DNA of 64,000 nt, from positions 13,733-77,732 of the forward strand of contig LDJB01000004.1 in the NCBI GenBank assembly GCA_001028815.1. The letters are read 5' to 3'. The notes under the pieces were generated by a model that saw only the letters and a program-made list of their open reading frames with translations, did no database searches and had not been told where the DNA came from. Below, in pieces: positions 1 to 9,446 of the stretch. Position 1 is the first letter of the stretch; every line of letters begins with the position of its first letter. The translations under genes were made by a program, and so were the position numbers. This DNA comes from Peptococcaceae bacterium 1109 (lineage in GTDB: Bacteria; Bacillota; Limnochordia; Darwinibacteriales; Darwinibacteriaceae).

Positions 1-444
1 GGACGGCTCTAGCGTTTCATTATAAAGCAGCAGCCTCTCCAGGGCTTCCAAAACGTTCTCCTCATCGGCTAAGTTAGTGGCGAAAAAGTGGAGGCTTGCT
101 TCGGGCACTACGCCACATCTACTCCCCACAAATACACTGGCAACCGTTGTTCCATGATAGAGGTCAGTGTCATTCACATCCCCTATCTTCTCAAAATGGA
201 CTAAGCGGTCACCGTACTCCTCATGATCCGCCAAAAGGGAACCATCGATAATCGCAACGTTCACACCTTTACCTGTATATCCACGCTCATGTAGGGTCCG
301 AAGGCCTAGCCCAGGTACGATTGCAGACAGATCCTTAACAACCATCACTCTCTGGCTTCCCTGCTGATTTCTGAAGAATGTGTATCCCAGCAAACCAGCT
401 AACCCGAGGACTAGAAGCCCTATGATCACACTGATCTTCTTCAC
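1..444 (-). CDS. S8 (subtilisin-family) serine peptidase, 5' part; runs off the window edge
   Basis: Not in the ORF track; translated by hand from GTG at 444. It reads MKKISVIIGLLVLGLAGLLGYTFF (membrane anchor or signal), then GYTGKGVNVAIIDG (catalytic Asp motif) and HGTTVAS (catalytic His motif). The frame stays open to position 1. Confidence 0.8.
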   Translation of the reverse strand, partial: MKKISVIIGLLVLGLAGLLGYTFFRNQQGSQRVMVVKDLSAIVPGLGLRTLHERGYTGKGVNVAIIDGSLLADHEEYGDRLVHFEKIGDVNDTDLYHGTTVASVFVGSRCGVVPEASLHFFATNLADEENVLEALERLLLYNETLEPS

Positions 445-525
445 AATATGAGTCGCGCTCCTCTCCGGATACGTGTGCACAAGAACGCACAAACACACAT
501 GAAGGTCAAGCAGGACTTGCCTGGA

Positions 526-1137
526 TCACTTCGCCAGGTATAGTGCCTCCACTAAGGCCGCTCCAACAAGGAAAAGCAGTGTCAACAGGGCGAGTATCCT
601 TTCGACACGGGAAAACTTCAGGGAACTGAGGGTATGCTTTTCCACCCACTCCTTGGCGGGAAAACCGTCGGCAACAAGGAGCGACTTGGTAAGAGTCAGT
701 CCGCAAAAAACGGCATAGGCACTTGTCTCCCATAAGCCTATGCGTAAATACTGCAGGTTGGCAGCTGCTATGCTTGGAAAGGGAACCTCAAAGCCATTCG
801 TTCCCGCGACCCAGCCAATGGTAGCTCCTTGAACAAGTAATACCAAGAGGCCAGGGGTCACCGAGCCGAAGCGGACCAAGATATTGCCTGCACCAATGAG
901 CAGCAGCACGATAGCATTTCTGAAAACGATATATCCTAAGGTGCTGGCAACCCCGCCAACTGCCGCGCTGGCAGGCGCTATAGCGGGCACATCTTGCCAC
1001 GCGCCAGGCCTGGCCAGATACCCTATCACGAAAAACACCCAGAGCACAGCCTGCAGCAAGAGCCAGATTATGATCGTTCTCTTTACCGCGCCAACCTGGT
1101 ACAAACCACTAAAGAACCTACCTATAGATTTTGACAT
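526..1137 (-). CDS. Hypothetical multi-pass membrane protein (about 5 TM helices; SpoIIM-like possible)
   Basis: 203-aa ORF with AGGAG RBS upstream and several hydrophobic segments; family not certain. Confidence 0.6.
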   Translation of the reverse strand: MSKSIGRFFSGLYQVGAVKRTIIIWLLLQAVLWVFFVIGYLARPGAWQDVPAIAPASAAVGGVASTLGYIVFRNAIVLLLIGAGNILVRFGSVTPGLLVLLVQGATIGWVAGTNGFEVPFPSIAAANLQYLRIGLWETSAYAVFCGLTLTKSLLVADGFPAKEWVEKHTLSSLKFSRVERILALLTLLFLVGAALVEALYLAK

Positions 1138-1186
1138 TCTGACACTCCTTCAATTACCCTTCATTACGAGATGCTGTAAGCTCAAT

Positions 1187-4183
1187 CTAGAACGACGTGA
1201 CAAGGCCTACACCAAAGCTTTGGGTATCTGCTAGGGACAGGTTCTTACTGTAATGTGCCTGGATCTTCAGGCCAATGGGCGTTTGGTAAGTTAAGCCCAC
1301 CCCGACGCTGTGAAGTAGGTGACTGTGAGCCCAATCACTTCCATCTTCCCAAATCTTCGCCACCTCATAGTTAACGTGAGCCGCTAAGTCCTGGGTGAAG
1401 TATCGCCGCAGTTCCAGATGGGAGTGTAGATTCATCTCTCCCACAAACATGGGAGAACCTGTCCCCAACTGACCACCGCCACCCAGACGCAGCCTGCGGT
1501 CAAAGGGCGTCCCCCTTTCGGTCCACGCGGCATTTACTTCCACACCGCCAACAAAGCCGCCGCCAAGATAGGATAGATTCCCCGCTCTCACGTGGCAACT
1601 CACATAATTCTCCGCGAAATCTTGCCGGTTCGCTAGGATGGCGACGCCAGCCTGTATGGACGTCCCTTCCTGGGTCCAAGTGGTATTGCCGGGAATACCT
1701 GTCCGCGCCGTGATGGCTAGAGTCACATAATCACCGCTGGGTACTTCTAGGCCTGTTGTAGTCGCTATGCTATCAACCTGGCTTTGTGAATAACCCAGCG
1801 TGAGGCCTATGGCACTGTGTGCCCCAATGGGTATGCTGCTGCTGAACGAAGCATCTTTCCTCTCCAGGCTGTACTCGCTTCCCGCATGCATACCCCAGCG
1901 GACCTTCCCGTGGACCGCCTGCGACTGATACCTTATGGTACTCGGCCATGAGAACAGCGGGAATGTGAGGAAAGCCGTTCTGCTGCGGCTTGGCCCAAAG
2001 CTGTACCCCCCACCGATCGAGGCTAGTGTTCCTGCCACATTGTAATACCGCATAACTATGGTTTGCTGAGAAAGGTTCAGGAAATTTTCCACCACGAACT
2101 GAACGGGGTCCAAGTAAAAGCCGAAGCCTTCACTAATCCGCACAACAATATCGATGGCATTTTCCCCAATGGGAACAACATACATCTGAACCTGATCCAG
2201 TGCGCCCAGGGCATGGAGACGGCGCCTTGCCGCCGCAAACCGTGAGTAATCAAATGGTGAACCTTCCTCAAGCTGGAGAATCCGCGAAACAATCCCTTCA
2301 TTGGTACGGTGGGTTCCCAGAAGGCGAACGTTGGCAATCTTCATACCATGATACTGGCTGTACAGATCCCAATCATTGATGGGGATGGCCTGGGGAGCCT
2401 TAAGGAACCGTGCAAGGGCGCTATCTCCAGTAGTAAAATAATACGAGGACTCGGAGAACTCGAGATAGACAGGCCTGCGCAGGCCTACCTCAGCAAGCTG
2501 ACGGTAAAAGGGAGCGTTGTCAGCCAAATCAGCCACCTCTACCTCTAGCGCCCCTTGATAACACTCCACTGCAGCTTCTCGTTCCCCTGCATTGTCATGC
2601 AAGGAGCCAAGAATGGCTAAGGCTTCTAGTCGGTAAAACGGCTCCGCAGCGCGGGGCATGTCCGCCAGGATCTGGAAGTACCTCTTGGCCTGCCCTTGGT
2701 CCCCCATCCGCAGATAGGTGTGTGCCTTGAGGTTCACTACCGCCTCAGCATGGGAAAGCCCAGGATCAAGCTGGTCAAGATAATCTAGGGTGTCGTCTAG
2801 CCTGTTCTGGGAAAATGCAAGTTTGGCCTTGCGGACAAGCAGCCAGTTGGCGAGGTGGTCATCCTCGACCGTTGGCTCGATGTTGCGCGAAAAGACCGCC
2901 GCATCTTCACCAGCCAGTGCTCTCGCAAGGCTAAAAGCATAGAACTCGTTATCTGGAGCTCCACGCCCATCACCAGGAACGGAAACCCACAGGATCTGTT
3001 CCTCGGGGGAGAACACACAGCTGAGCAAAGTACCGCTGTTGTTAATGCCGTCTAAGAGGCCCTCATATTCGGCACTCCCTGGCCTACCCCGATCCCGCAG
3101 GAGCTCCACCATGGACTCCACCTGAACATCCCCGTACTGGCCGGAAAGGAACTGGGCGAGCCTTTGATCACGGCGTTCAGAGGCCAACCAGCCTGAGGCC
3201 TGGAACTGCCGCATGTACTCACTGTGGTACCGATTTGTGGCCGTTAGCAACCCTTCCTCCGCTTTCCTGATGGCGAAACGGTTGGCATCTACCTCCAGCA
3301 CCACCGCATCAGGGATCTTGCTGTCTGAAATCACGATATTCATGCCGAAGGTTCGTGGCGTGCCCAGTACGATTTCCACCGCTTCATCTAAAGTCGATGC
3401 ATACTGCACGATCTGGCGCAGCAGAAACATCATGGCCATGCCATCGAGGGAGTTGGCTGCTTGATCCACCAAAGAGTAGTTCATGGAAACAGTAATGCCT
3501 TGGTTGTTCATGGCCTGCATTACACCCACGTAAGTGGGGTATGTGTAGGTGATGAACGGAAATCCTTGATCTGGTTCATAGACCACCACATAACCATACT
3601 GCGCCCAATCGATCATGGATATGTTGTCGAGGTTGCGGGCATGATATAGAGATCCGCTAGCTGTAGCCTTGCCAAAGGCTACTATGGAGGTGCATCCGAA
3701 GGCCATGCCAAGGTCCTGGGACACGTTGCTCATTATAACGTCCATAGGATCGGAGTATTGTCCCTCGCTCACTCCAACGATCAAACCCTCTAGCTCCTTC
3801 AAGAAGTCATGGGGGATATTTCTCCGAATCCAGGGAGCCATTTTGTACTGAAAGTAGAATCGCTTGAACCCCTGCACAAGCCGTTCAAATCCTGAAGCTG
3901 GATCATCTAGTGGATTGAGCTCATCCCTCATCTGCAGTAGATGCTCTGCGGGATACAAATGGGTAAGCAGCGTCCCATGCTGCAACCCTATTTCGTAGGG
4001 GGTACCTTTGAGGTGCATGAAGACTATAGGACCGAATGTTTCCACATAACCTTTTCCTGCCTGGAACCTGTTGCCAACTTGCTCAACTGGCAACTCGGGG
4101 GAGCTCTGCGCCAGGCCAGAAAGGAGCACCACTAAGGTCCACGCAATAACCAAAACCCGTCTTGCTCGCTGAACGTCGTCCAT
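1187..4183 (-). CDS. C45-family Ntn-hydrolase fused to TPR, POTRA and Omp85/BamA-type beta-barrel
   Basis: N-terminal signal peptide. GCTSIVAFG...HARNLD (C45 Cys nucleophile region). Helical TPR-like segment. KIANVRLLGTHRTNEGIVSRILQLEEGSPFD...LHALG...DIVVRISE (POTRA pattern). C-terminus SVGVGLTYQTPIG...FGVGLVTSF matches an Omp85 end with terminal Phe. Confidence 0.8.
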   Translation of the reverse strand: MDDVQRARRVLVIAWTLVVLLSGLAQSSPELPVEQVGNRFQAGKGYVETFGPIVFMHLKGTPYEIGLQHGTLLTHLYPAEHLLQMRDELNPLDDPASGFERLVQGFKRFYFQYKMAPWIRRNIPHDFLKELEGLIVGVSEGQYSDPMDVIMSNVSQDLGMAFGCTSIVAFGKATASGSLYHARNLDNISMIDWAQYGYVVVYEPDQGFPFITYTYPTYVGVMQAMNNQGITVSMNYSLVDQAANSLDGMAMMFLLRQIVQYASTLDEAVEIVLGTPRTFGMNIVISDSKIPDAVVLEVDANRFAIRKAEEGLLTATNRYHSEYMRQFQASGWLASERRDQRLAQFLSGQYGDVQVESMVELLRDRGRPGSAEYEGLLDGINNSGTLLSCVFSPEEQILWVSVPGDGRGAPDNEFYAFSLARALAGEDAAVFSRNIEPTVEDDHLANWLLVRKAKLAFSQNRLDDTLDYLDQLDPGLSHAEAVVNLKAHTYLRMGDQGQAKRYFQILADMPRAAEPFYRLEALAILGSLHDNAGEREAAVECYQGALEVEVADLADNAPFYRQLAEVGLRRPVYLEFSESSYYFTTGDSALARFLKAPQAIPINDWDLYSQYHGMKIANVRLLGTHRTNEGIVSRILQLEEGSPFDYSRFAAARRRLHALGALDQVQMYVVPIGENAIDIVVRISEGFGFYLDPVQFVVENFLNLSQQTIVMRYYNVAGTLASIGGGYSFGPSRSRTAFLTFPLFSWPSTIRYQSQAVHGKVRWGMHAGSEYSLERKDASFSSSIPIGAHSAIGLTLGYSQSQVDSIATTTGLEVPSGDYVTLAITARTGIPGNTTWTQEGTSIQAGVAILANRQDFAENYVSCHVRAGNLSYLGGGFVGGVEVNAAWTERGTPFDRRLRLGGGGQLGTGSPMFVGEMNLHSHLELRRYFTQDLAAHVNYEVAKIWEDGSDWAHSHLLHSVGVGLTYQTPIGLKIQAHYSKNLSLADTQSFGVGLVTSF

Positions 4184-4257
4184 GCCGTCCTATCATCTCC
4201 CGTTATGGACTGTTGGCAGTCATTGCCAACCCTGTGAGCATTCTTCAGCGAGGAGTA

Positions 4258-4554
4258 CTATCCTGCCGTGAATAACAATGTTTCGGATTTTTTCAACTTT
4301 AAGTGGGCGGTAGCAGACGGAAGGCCGCAAGTGCACCAAAAAGAAAAAGACGCAGAATTCACCAGAATGCTGCGCCCTAAATGTGTTGCCGAATAGGGAT
4401 GGCGTGTAAGGAGCCACCGTCCGTTCACCTTTTCCGCAAAGAAGACCATCTCTCTGCGTTCGTTCACGCTTACCTCAAGGACATCGGTCCAAATAACTGC
4501 TCTACTGTAATCCCTGCCGGAGTATGTGACATCGCGAACACCAATCAATGCCAA
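4258..4554 (-). other. Possible gene fragment (hypothetical)
   Basis: Protein-like stretch ending FFAEKVNGRWLL, but TTG start with no convincing RBS; probably a remnant. Confidence 0.25.
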
Positions 4555-4635
4555 TCCAGGATAGTCGGGACGCCAGTATAGGGATCCCAGGAGCTTGAGC
4601 CAGAAAGCAGAGCGGTGCTTGAGAAATCAGACATG

Positions 4636-5562
4636 CTAGTAGCTCCTCAACGCCTCTACGAAAAGCGGCCAGAAGCGACGTTGATCGAGGGTCAGGGCGA
4701 CATCTGCATTCGGTTCTCTGCCCGTGATGCCGTAAAAATCGCAGACAGTACGTCCATAACACAGCCCAGGAGTGGTCTCGATATCCACTCGCATGGGCGT
4801 GGTTTCAATCAAGCTCGGATCAATGGCATACGCCACTGCACAGACATCATGTACAGGCGGCCCCGAAAAACCCATCAGCTGACGGTAGGCTTCGCCATAG
4901 TCGGAGAGTAGCTGGGTCACCAAGTGTGCCACGGGCGTTCCTATCATGCGGACCTCTTCCGCGACTTCAGGTGAAACCATAGCTTGGTGCGTGAGCTCGA
5001 GGCCGATCATGGTTATCGGAACACCGCTCTCAAAGACGATCTTAGCCGCCTCTGGATCAGCGTATATGTTGAACTCCGCGGCGGGCGTGAAGTTTCCCAC
5101 GCCAATAGAACCACCCATCAGGATGATTTCCTTTATTCCCCGTTTGGTGTTAGGCTCCCTGAGCAAAGCCATGGCAATGTTGCTCAGCGGCGCCACGGGA
5201 ATAAGGGTGAGATCGCCATCTGCCTCTAGGCAGGCCCTGATCAAAAAGTCCACCGCGTGTTCCGCTTCAGCCTTGCGCGCTGCTGGTGGAAAAACCACAC
5301 TGCCGAGCCCCGAATCGCCATGGATAAAATCAGAAACGAGTGGCTCCCTAACCAATGGCCTTGCCATGCCCGCATAGATTGGCACGCTAATACCCGCAAG
5401 GCTGCACACATCGATAGTGTTGGCCACCGTCTTTTCCAGAACCTGATTGCCAGCAGTCACGGTGATGGCCTGTAGATCAAGGCTTTGGTGAGCCGCGGCC
5501 AGTAGAATGGCCATAGCATCGTCATGGCCCGTATCTACGTCCAAGATGACCTTCCTGCGCAC
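4636..5562 (-). CDS. Nucleoside hydrolase (IUNH / RihA-C family)
   Basis: VILDVDTGHDDAMAILLA (DxDxGxDD), HGDSGLG, AEFNIYADPEAA and PVHD motifs. Confidence 0.92.
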   Translation of the reverse strand: MRRKVILDVDTGHDDAMAILLAAAHQSLDLQAITVTAGNQVLEKTVANTIDVCSLAGISVPIYAGMARPLVREPLVSDFIHGDSGLGSVVFPPAARKAEAEHAVDFLIRACLEADGDLTLIPVAPLSNIAMALLREPNTKRGIKEIILMGGSIGVGNFTPAAEFNIYADPEAAKIVFESGVPITMIGLELTHQAMVSPEVAEEVRMIGTPVAHLVTQLLSDYGEAYRQLMGFSGPPVHDVCAVAYAIDPSLIETTPMRVDIETTPGLCYGRTVCDFYGITGREPNADVALTLDQRRFWPLFVEALRSY

Positions 5563-5649
5563 ACGGTATCACTCCCCTGCTGCAGTGCCTTGAGAGCAAT
5601 TGTACCATGCGGTAGCCGGCGTGGAACCTTATCCATCCAAAAGTACCCA

Positions 5650-6444
5650 CTATGCCAAAGTGTCCACTCTCCAGACACCTCTTGCTACACCAAGCTGCGT
5701 GACGCCGCTTACCCGCTGAAACCCGCTAGACCGCACCTGTTTCCCAAACCTACCGGGCTTTTCCACCGCCAAATCTTCGTACGCGCTCAGGATATCAAAG
5801 GCCAGGCCAAGCTTACGGTTCACATCCGCATACCGGAAACCAAGATTGTCCAGGCCCAATCCTTGACTAGAGAAATCCAGCATTCTGTGGTCTGCGAAAA
5901 GCCCAGGGTCCACCTTTCGCAGCCTCGCTGCGACAACCTTCGTGAATTCCCCGCCTGTCAGCCCAGAGTAGAGAAGGAAAACCGTATCGACCAGTTCGTC
6001 ATACATTTTGGTTAGCTCATCTGTGATTCCTTGGATGGTGCCGGTCGTTGACCGCATCTCCTCCTCCAAGGATGCCAGCGTTTCGTAATCGGCCCCATCT
6101 TCTAACGCTTGTTGGTAGCGGGCATCCTGTTCCTTGAGGCGCTCGAGATGCGTAGCCAAACATATCTTCAAACTTGATTTCAGTCCAGAAGCCGCGGAAG
6201 CGATTGCCCGCAGTCCCCCCTTGATGAGCGCTCCTCTAGGCTGCTGCGCGGATGAACTGCGCCGCAAACATACCCCTTTGGCCCCGCGCATGCCCTTGCC
6301 AAGCACCTGTTGGGGCCGCTTGTTCAGCTTGCTGCCCCTATCAACGCACCGCTGAGCACCAAGACCACCTGCAGCGCTGAGCGGCCTTCCAGCACCGACT
6401 GCTGATTGCATGAATGGCAATGCAGATCCACTTCTGACTATCAC
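5650..6444 (-). CDS. Hypothetical coiled-coil protein, distantly flagellin-like
   Basis: GGGGAGG RBS before GTG; sigma-28-like promoter upstream; helical segments loosely resemble flagellin D1 regions. Confidence 0.5.
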   Translation of the reverse strand: MIVRSGSALPFMQSAVGAGRPLSAAGGLGAQRCVDRGSKLNKRPQQVLGKGMRGAKGVCLRRSSSAQQPRGALIKGGLRAIASAASGLKSSLKICLATHLERLKEQDARYQQALEDGADYETLASLEEEMRSTTGTIQGITDELTKMYDELVDTVFLLYSGLTGGEFTKVVAARLRKVDPGLFADHRMLDFSSQGLGLDNLGFRYADVNRKLGLAFDILSAYEDLAVEKPGRFGKQVRSSGFQRVSGVTQLGVARGVWRVDTLA

Positions 6445-6487
6445 AGTACTTCCTCCCCACAGTGCGCTAATCCTGGCTTTGTTATTT

Positions 6488-6515
6488 ATATCGGCAAGCC
6501 ATGCCCATTGCTTCA
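6488..6515 (-). promoter_or_regulatory. Sigma-28 (SigD/FliA)-like promoter
   Basis: Minus strand TGAA-N16-GCCGATAT against consensus TAAA-N14-16-GCCGATAT, 44 bp upstream of the 6444 start. Confidence 0.55.
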
Positions 6516-6999
6516 GCTGCAGCCACTCTACCGGTCATGCTCGTATTTGAGCATGAGGGTTATCACTGGTTCGTTCTTGTCCCCGCCGTGGCTCAAACCC
6601 ACAACGGCCATCCTTTCCTCAAGCCTAGGCGCTCCCATGACAAAACCAACGTTAACGGCAGAAGAACGCGCCTTCCTAGAAAGAGCAGCCCTCAGAAGGC
6701 TGAACAAGATGTCCAGTCCCCAGCGAGACAGTGAGCCGCTCCCAAAGGTGCGAACCGGCACTGCCCTCTAGGCTAAGCCCGTGGCGGAAGTTGACGAGGG
6801 CCGAGGGATGTTCAGAAGCCTTAGGACAAAACCACGCCGTTCCGCCGGTGTTTCAAACCACAAGTACAGATTTCTCATACCGCAGCCCCCTTCCGTTTTC
6901 TCTATTAGGATGGATACCCACGCGTTTTCGGAGCAGTTACGGCTGAGCGCCACGGAACGGCTCTATACGACGAAAGCCAGGCATATGGCCTGGCCCATT

Positions 7000-7614
7000 T
7001 CAACTTCTCCCGTCTTTTCTCCAATAGTATATCGCCAACTGGGTGCGATCCCTTAACTGCAGCTTATCTAGGATGACGGATAGGGTGTTGCGCACCGTTC
7101 CCTCACTGATGAACAACTGCTGAGCGATCTCCCGGTTAGACAAGCCTTCAGCCACGAGTTCCGCAACCTCCTGCTCCCTCGCGGTTAGAAGCTCCATGGC
7201 ATCGTTCTTGGGTTCCACAAGCTCCTTGAGCACATCGCAGGCGACAACGGCGGTGCCTGCTGTCAGGCCGCACAACTGTTGAGCCATGGCCGATACTTCC
7301 TGCGACTTGAGCAAGTAGCCTTCTGCGCCTGCCCGGATGGCTAACCGGATGTTCTTCTCATCCTTGAATGTGGTGAGCATCACTACCCGAGCGGCAGGCC
7401 AGTTCTGCTTGATCTGGCGGGTAGCTTGGATTCCGTCCATCATAGGCATCTGGATGTCCATTAATACCACATCAGGAAGGGCCTCATGGCACTTGGCGAT
7501 GGCTTCCGCACCATTTAGGGCAGTTCCCATCACTTCCATATCTCGTTCCCGGGACAACAATACCTCAAGACTCTTGCACACCAAGGGATCGTCATCCACA
7601 ATTAAAATCCTCAC
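7000..7614 (-). CDS. NarL/LuxR-family response regulator
   Basis: ILIVDDD, DVVLMDIQMP receiver motifs; LTAREQEV...GLSNREIAQQLFISEGTVR HTH. Confidence 0.95.
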   Translation of the reverse strand: MRILIVDDDPLVCKSLEVLLSRERDMEVMGTALNGAEAIAKCHEALPDVVLMDIQMPMMDGIQATRQIKQNWPAARVVMLTTFKDEKNIRLAIRAGAEGYLLKSQEVSAMAQQLCGLTAGTAVVACDVLKELVEPKNDAMELLTAREQEVAELVAEGLSNREIAQQLFISEGTVRNTLSVILDKLQLRDRTQLAIYYWRKDGRS

Positions 7615-8735
7615 GCTTCGTCCTCCCTAGTGTCCCCTATGCCATTTCTCTGTCGGAGAGGCAGAACACACACCAAGCGAAAACCGTTAGTGTCATTGAC
7701 GGAAATACTCCCCCCAACCGCTCGGGCACGCTGCCGCAAGTTCCGCAGCCCTACACCGTCCTTGGCGCGGCCCACAGCTTCCCCATCATTTTGCACGCAC
7801 AGCCTGACGATAAACGGGTTGACGTCCAGGACAACGTCCACTTGCGTGGCCTGGGAATGTCGAATTACATTTGTCAGCCCTTCCTTCAGGCAAGCCTCCA
7901 GCACACTCCAAAGATACACAGGTAGGTCGGAAGTGTCGCCAAACACATGCAACTGCAGTGGGCAAGCTGTGAACCCTCGGCAGATCTCCTCAAACCGCTC
8001 AATGCCCACAAACGCAAGGGGCTTAATGCGGTGAGCGGCTTCCCGAAGCTGCCTCGCGCTCTTGGTCAGCCGTTCTTTGGTGTGAGACAGCATCTCAGCA
8101 GCTAGAGGATCTCTTTCCTCCCACAGTCTCTCAAATGCTTGGAGGGCTAGAACGGCGCCCGTGAGTTCGTGGCCAACATTGTCATGCAGGTCCTGAGCAA
8201 TCCGATTGCGCTCTGTTATTTCCGCCATGCGCGCTATACGTACATTCGCTGTGAGTAATTCTGCCCGAAGGCTTTCCAGCTCATAGCGCTCCCGCCGCTG
8301 GCGGTCTGCCTCTGCACGATACAGGCCTACTTCCCCAGCCCATTCTCGAATAACCCAACCAGAAAGCGCGGCCTGAAGAAGGACGGCCACTAAAGGGAAA
8401 GAGGGTTGGAAATAGATGCAACCGATCATTCCTGGAATAACCAGCCAAGCCCTCCCTTCCCGTACGGCTTCAAATAGGGGAAGGCCCAATCCGTATACGG
8501 CGCCGGGCCAAAAGGGAACAGTCCCAAAGCAGAATAGCTGGTCAAGGAGTACTGTCCATCCAGGCAAAGCGAAGCGCCAGCGCGCCACTGCCATGATGGC
8601 CAGCAGCAGAAGAAGGACCACGCCCGCCTCCCCACCAGGGCCACTCAGCCACAGCAGAGTCAGCAGCAGCAGTCCCGAGACTCGCCAAATCGCTGTACTT
8701 GTTCGGGGATCCAATTGTCGCCACCCATGACCCAT
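7611..8735 (-). CDS. HisKA_3 sensor histidine kinase
   Basis: ERNRIAQDLHDNVGHELT H-box, EGLTNVIRHS, GVGLRNLRQR; N-terminal TM helices; overlaps the regulator start. Confidence 0.93.
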   Translation of the reverse strand: MGHGWRQLDPRTSTAIWRVSGLLLLTLLWLSGPGGEAGVVLLLLLAIMAVARWRFALPGWTVLLDQLFCFGTVPFWPGAVYGLGLPLFEAVREGRAWLVIPGMIGCIYFQPSFPLVAVLLQAALSGWVIREWAGEVGLYRAEADRQRRERYELESLRAELLTANVRIARMAEITERNRIAQDLHDNVGHELTGAVLALQAFERLWEERDPLAAEMLSHTKERLTKSARQLREAAHRIKPLAFVGIERFEEICRGFTACPLQLHVFGDTSDLPVYLWSVLEACLKEGLTNVIRHSQATQVDVVLDVNPFIVRLCVQNDGEAVGRAKDGVGLRNLRQRARAVGGSISVNDTNGFRLVCVLPLRQRNGIGDTREDEA

Positions 8736-8759
8736 AGCCCCACACCTTAACGTTCTGAT

Positions 8760-9446
8760 CTAGATGAGCCGCCTCATACTGCCCAGCAGTACAAACGCCG
8801 CACTGTACAGGAGCATCAAACCCAGAGGGAGCCCCAGCCCCAGCAAACGGGCCCCGTCCGCTGCGGACAGGAGTCCCTTAGTCAACCAATACGTGGGCAC
8901 CAACATCGCCAGGCGCTGAAATAGGGAAGGCATAGCCTGTACTGGCCACATTATCCCCCCAAGCATCATCATCAAAGGGATGACGCCAGTAATGGTGGCA
9001 ACCGCCCCTTCTCTATTACGAAACAGCGAAAACCATGCCAGGGAAAAACCTAGAGAGGCGATGGAAAAACAGGAAAAAACCAGGAAGAGCGTCCCCGGGG
9101 CCACCAAACGGTTCCCATGCACCGCGGTGCCCAGGGCAACGACAATTCCGCTCACACCAACGAGAATCAACGCGAAGGCCGCCAAGGTCTGCCAAAGATA
9201 CTGAGAGTGTTTGACTGGCGCTAGCCCAATGCGGAGCAATGTACCCTTGATCCTGTCTTCCATAACTATAGTGCCCATCCTCGCAGCGATGAACATTAGC
9301 ACCATCCCGAAATACTGGAACCCCATTGGTAAAGGGAACCAACCACTAGGAGGCATAAATACCACGGCGATTGGGAGCAGCGTGACCAACAGGATATTGG
9401 CCGGGTTTCGGAGGAATCGCTTCAGTACGAACCGGAAAATCGTCAT
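8760..9446 (-). CDS. ABC-2 type exporter permease
   Basis: Six-TM pattern, GGIMWP...PTYW motif; start taken at MTIFRF (ATGA overlap with upstream stop). Confidence 0.85.
   Translation of the reverse strand: MTIFRFVLKRFLRNPANILLVTLLPIAVVFMPPSGWFPLPMGFQYFGMVLMFIAARMGTIVMEDRIKGTLLRIGLAPVKHSQYLWQTLAAFALILVGVSGIVVALGTAVHGNRLVAPGTLFLVFSCFSIASLGFSLAWFSLFRNREGAVATITGVIPLMMMLGGIMWPVQAMPSLFQRLAMLVPTYWLTKGLLSAADGARLLGLGLPLGLMLLYSAAFVLLGSMRRLI

Noticed and set aside
6528..6953. Several small overlapping ORFs between the flagellin-like gene and the response regulator, considered as a toxin-antitoxin or peptide pair
   Set aside because: Conflicting frames, no family motifs; only 6768..6878 (-) has a plausible RBS. 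Not supportable.
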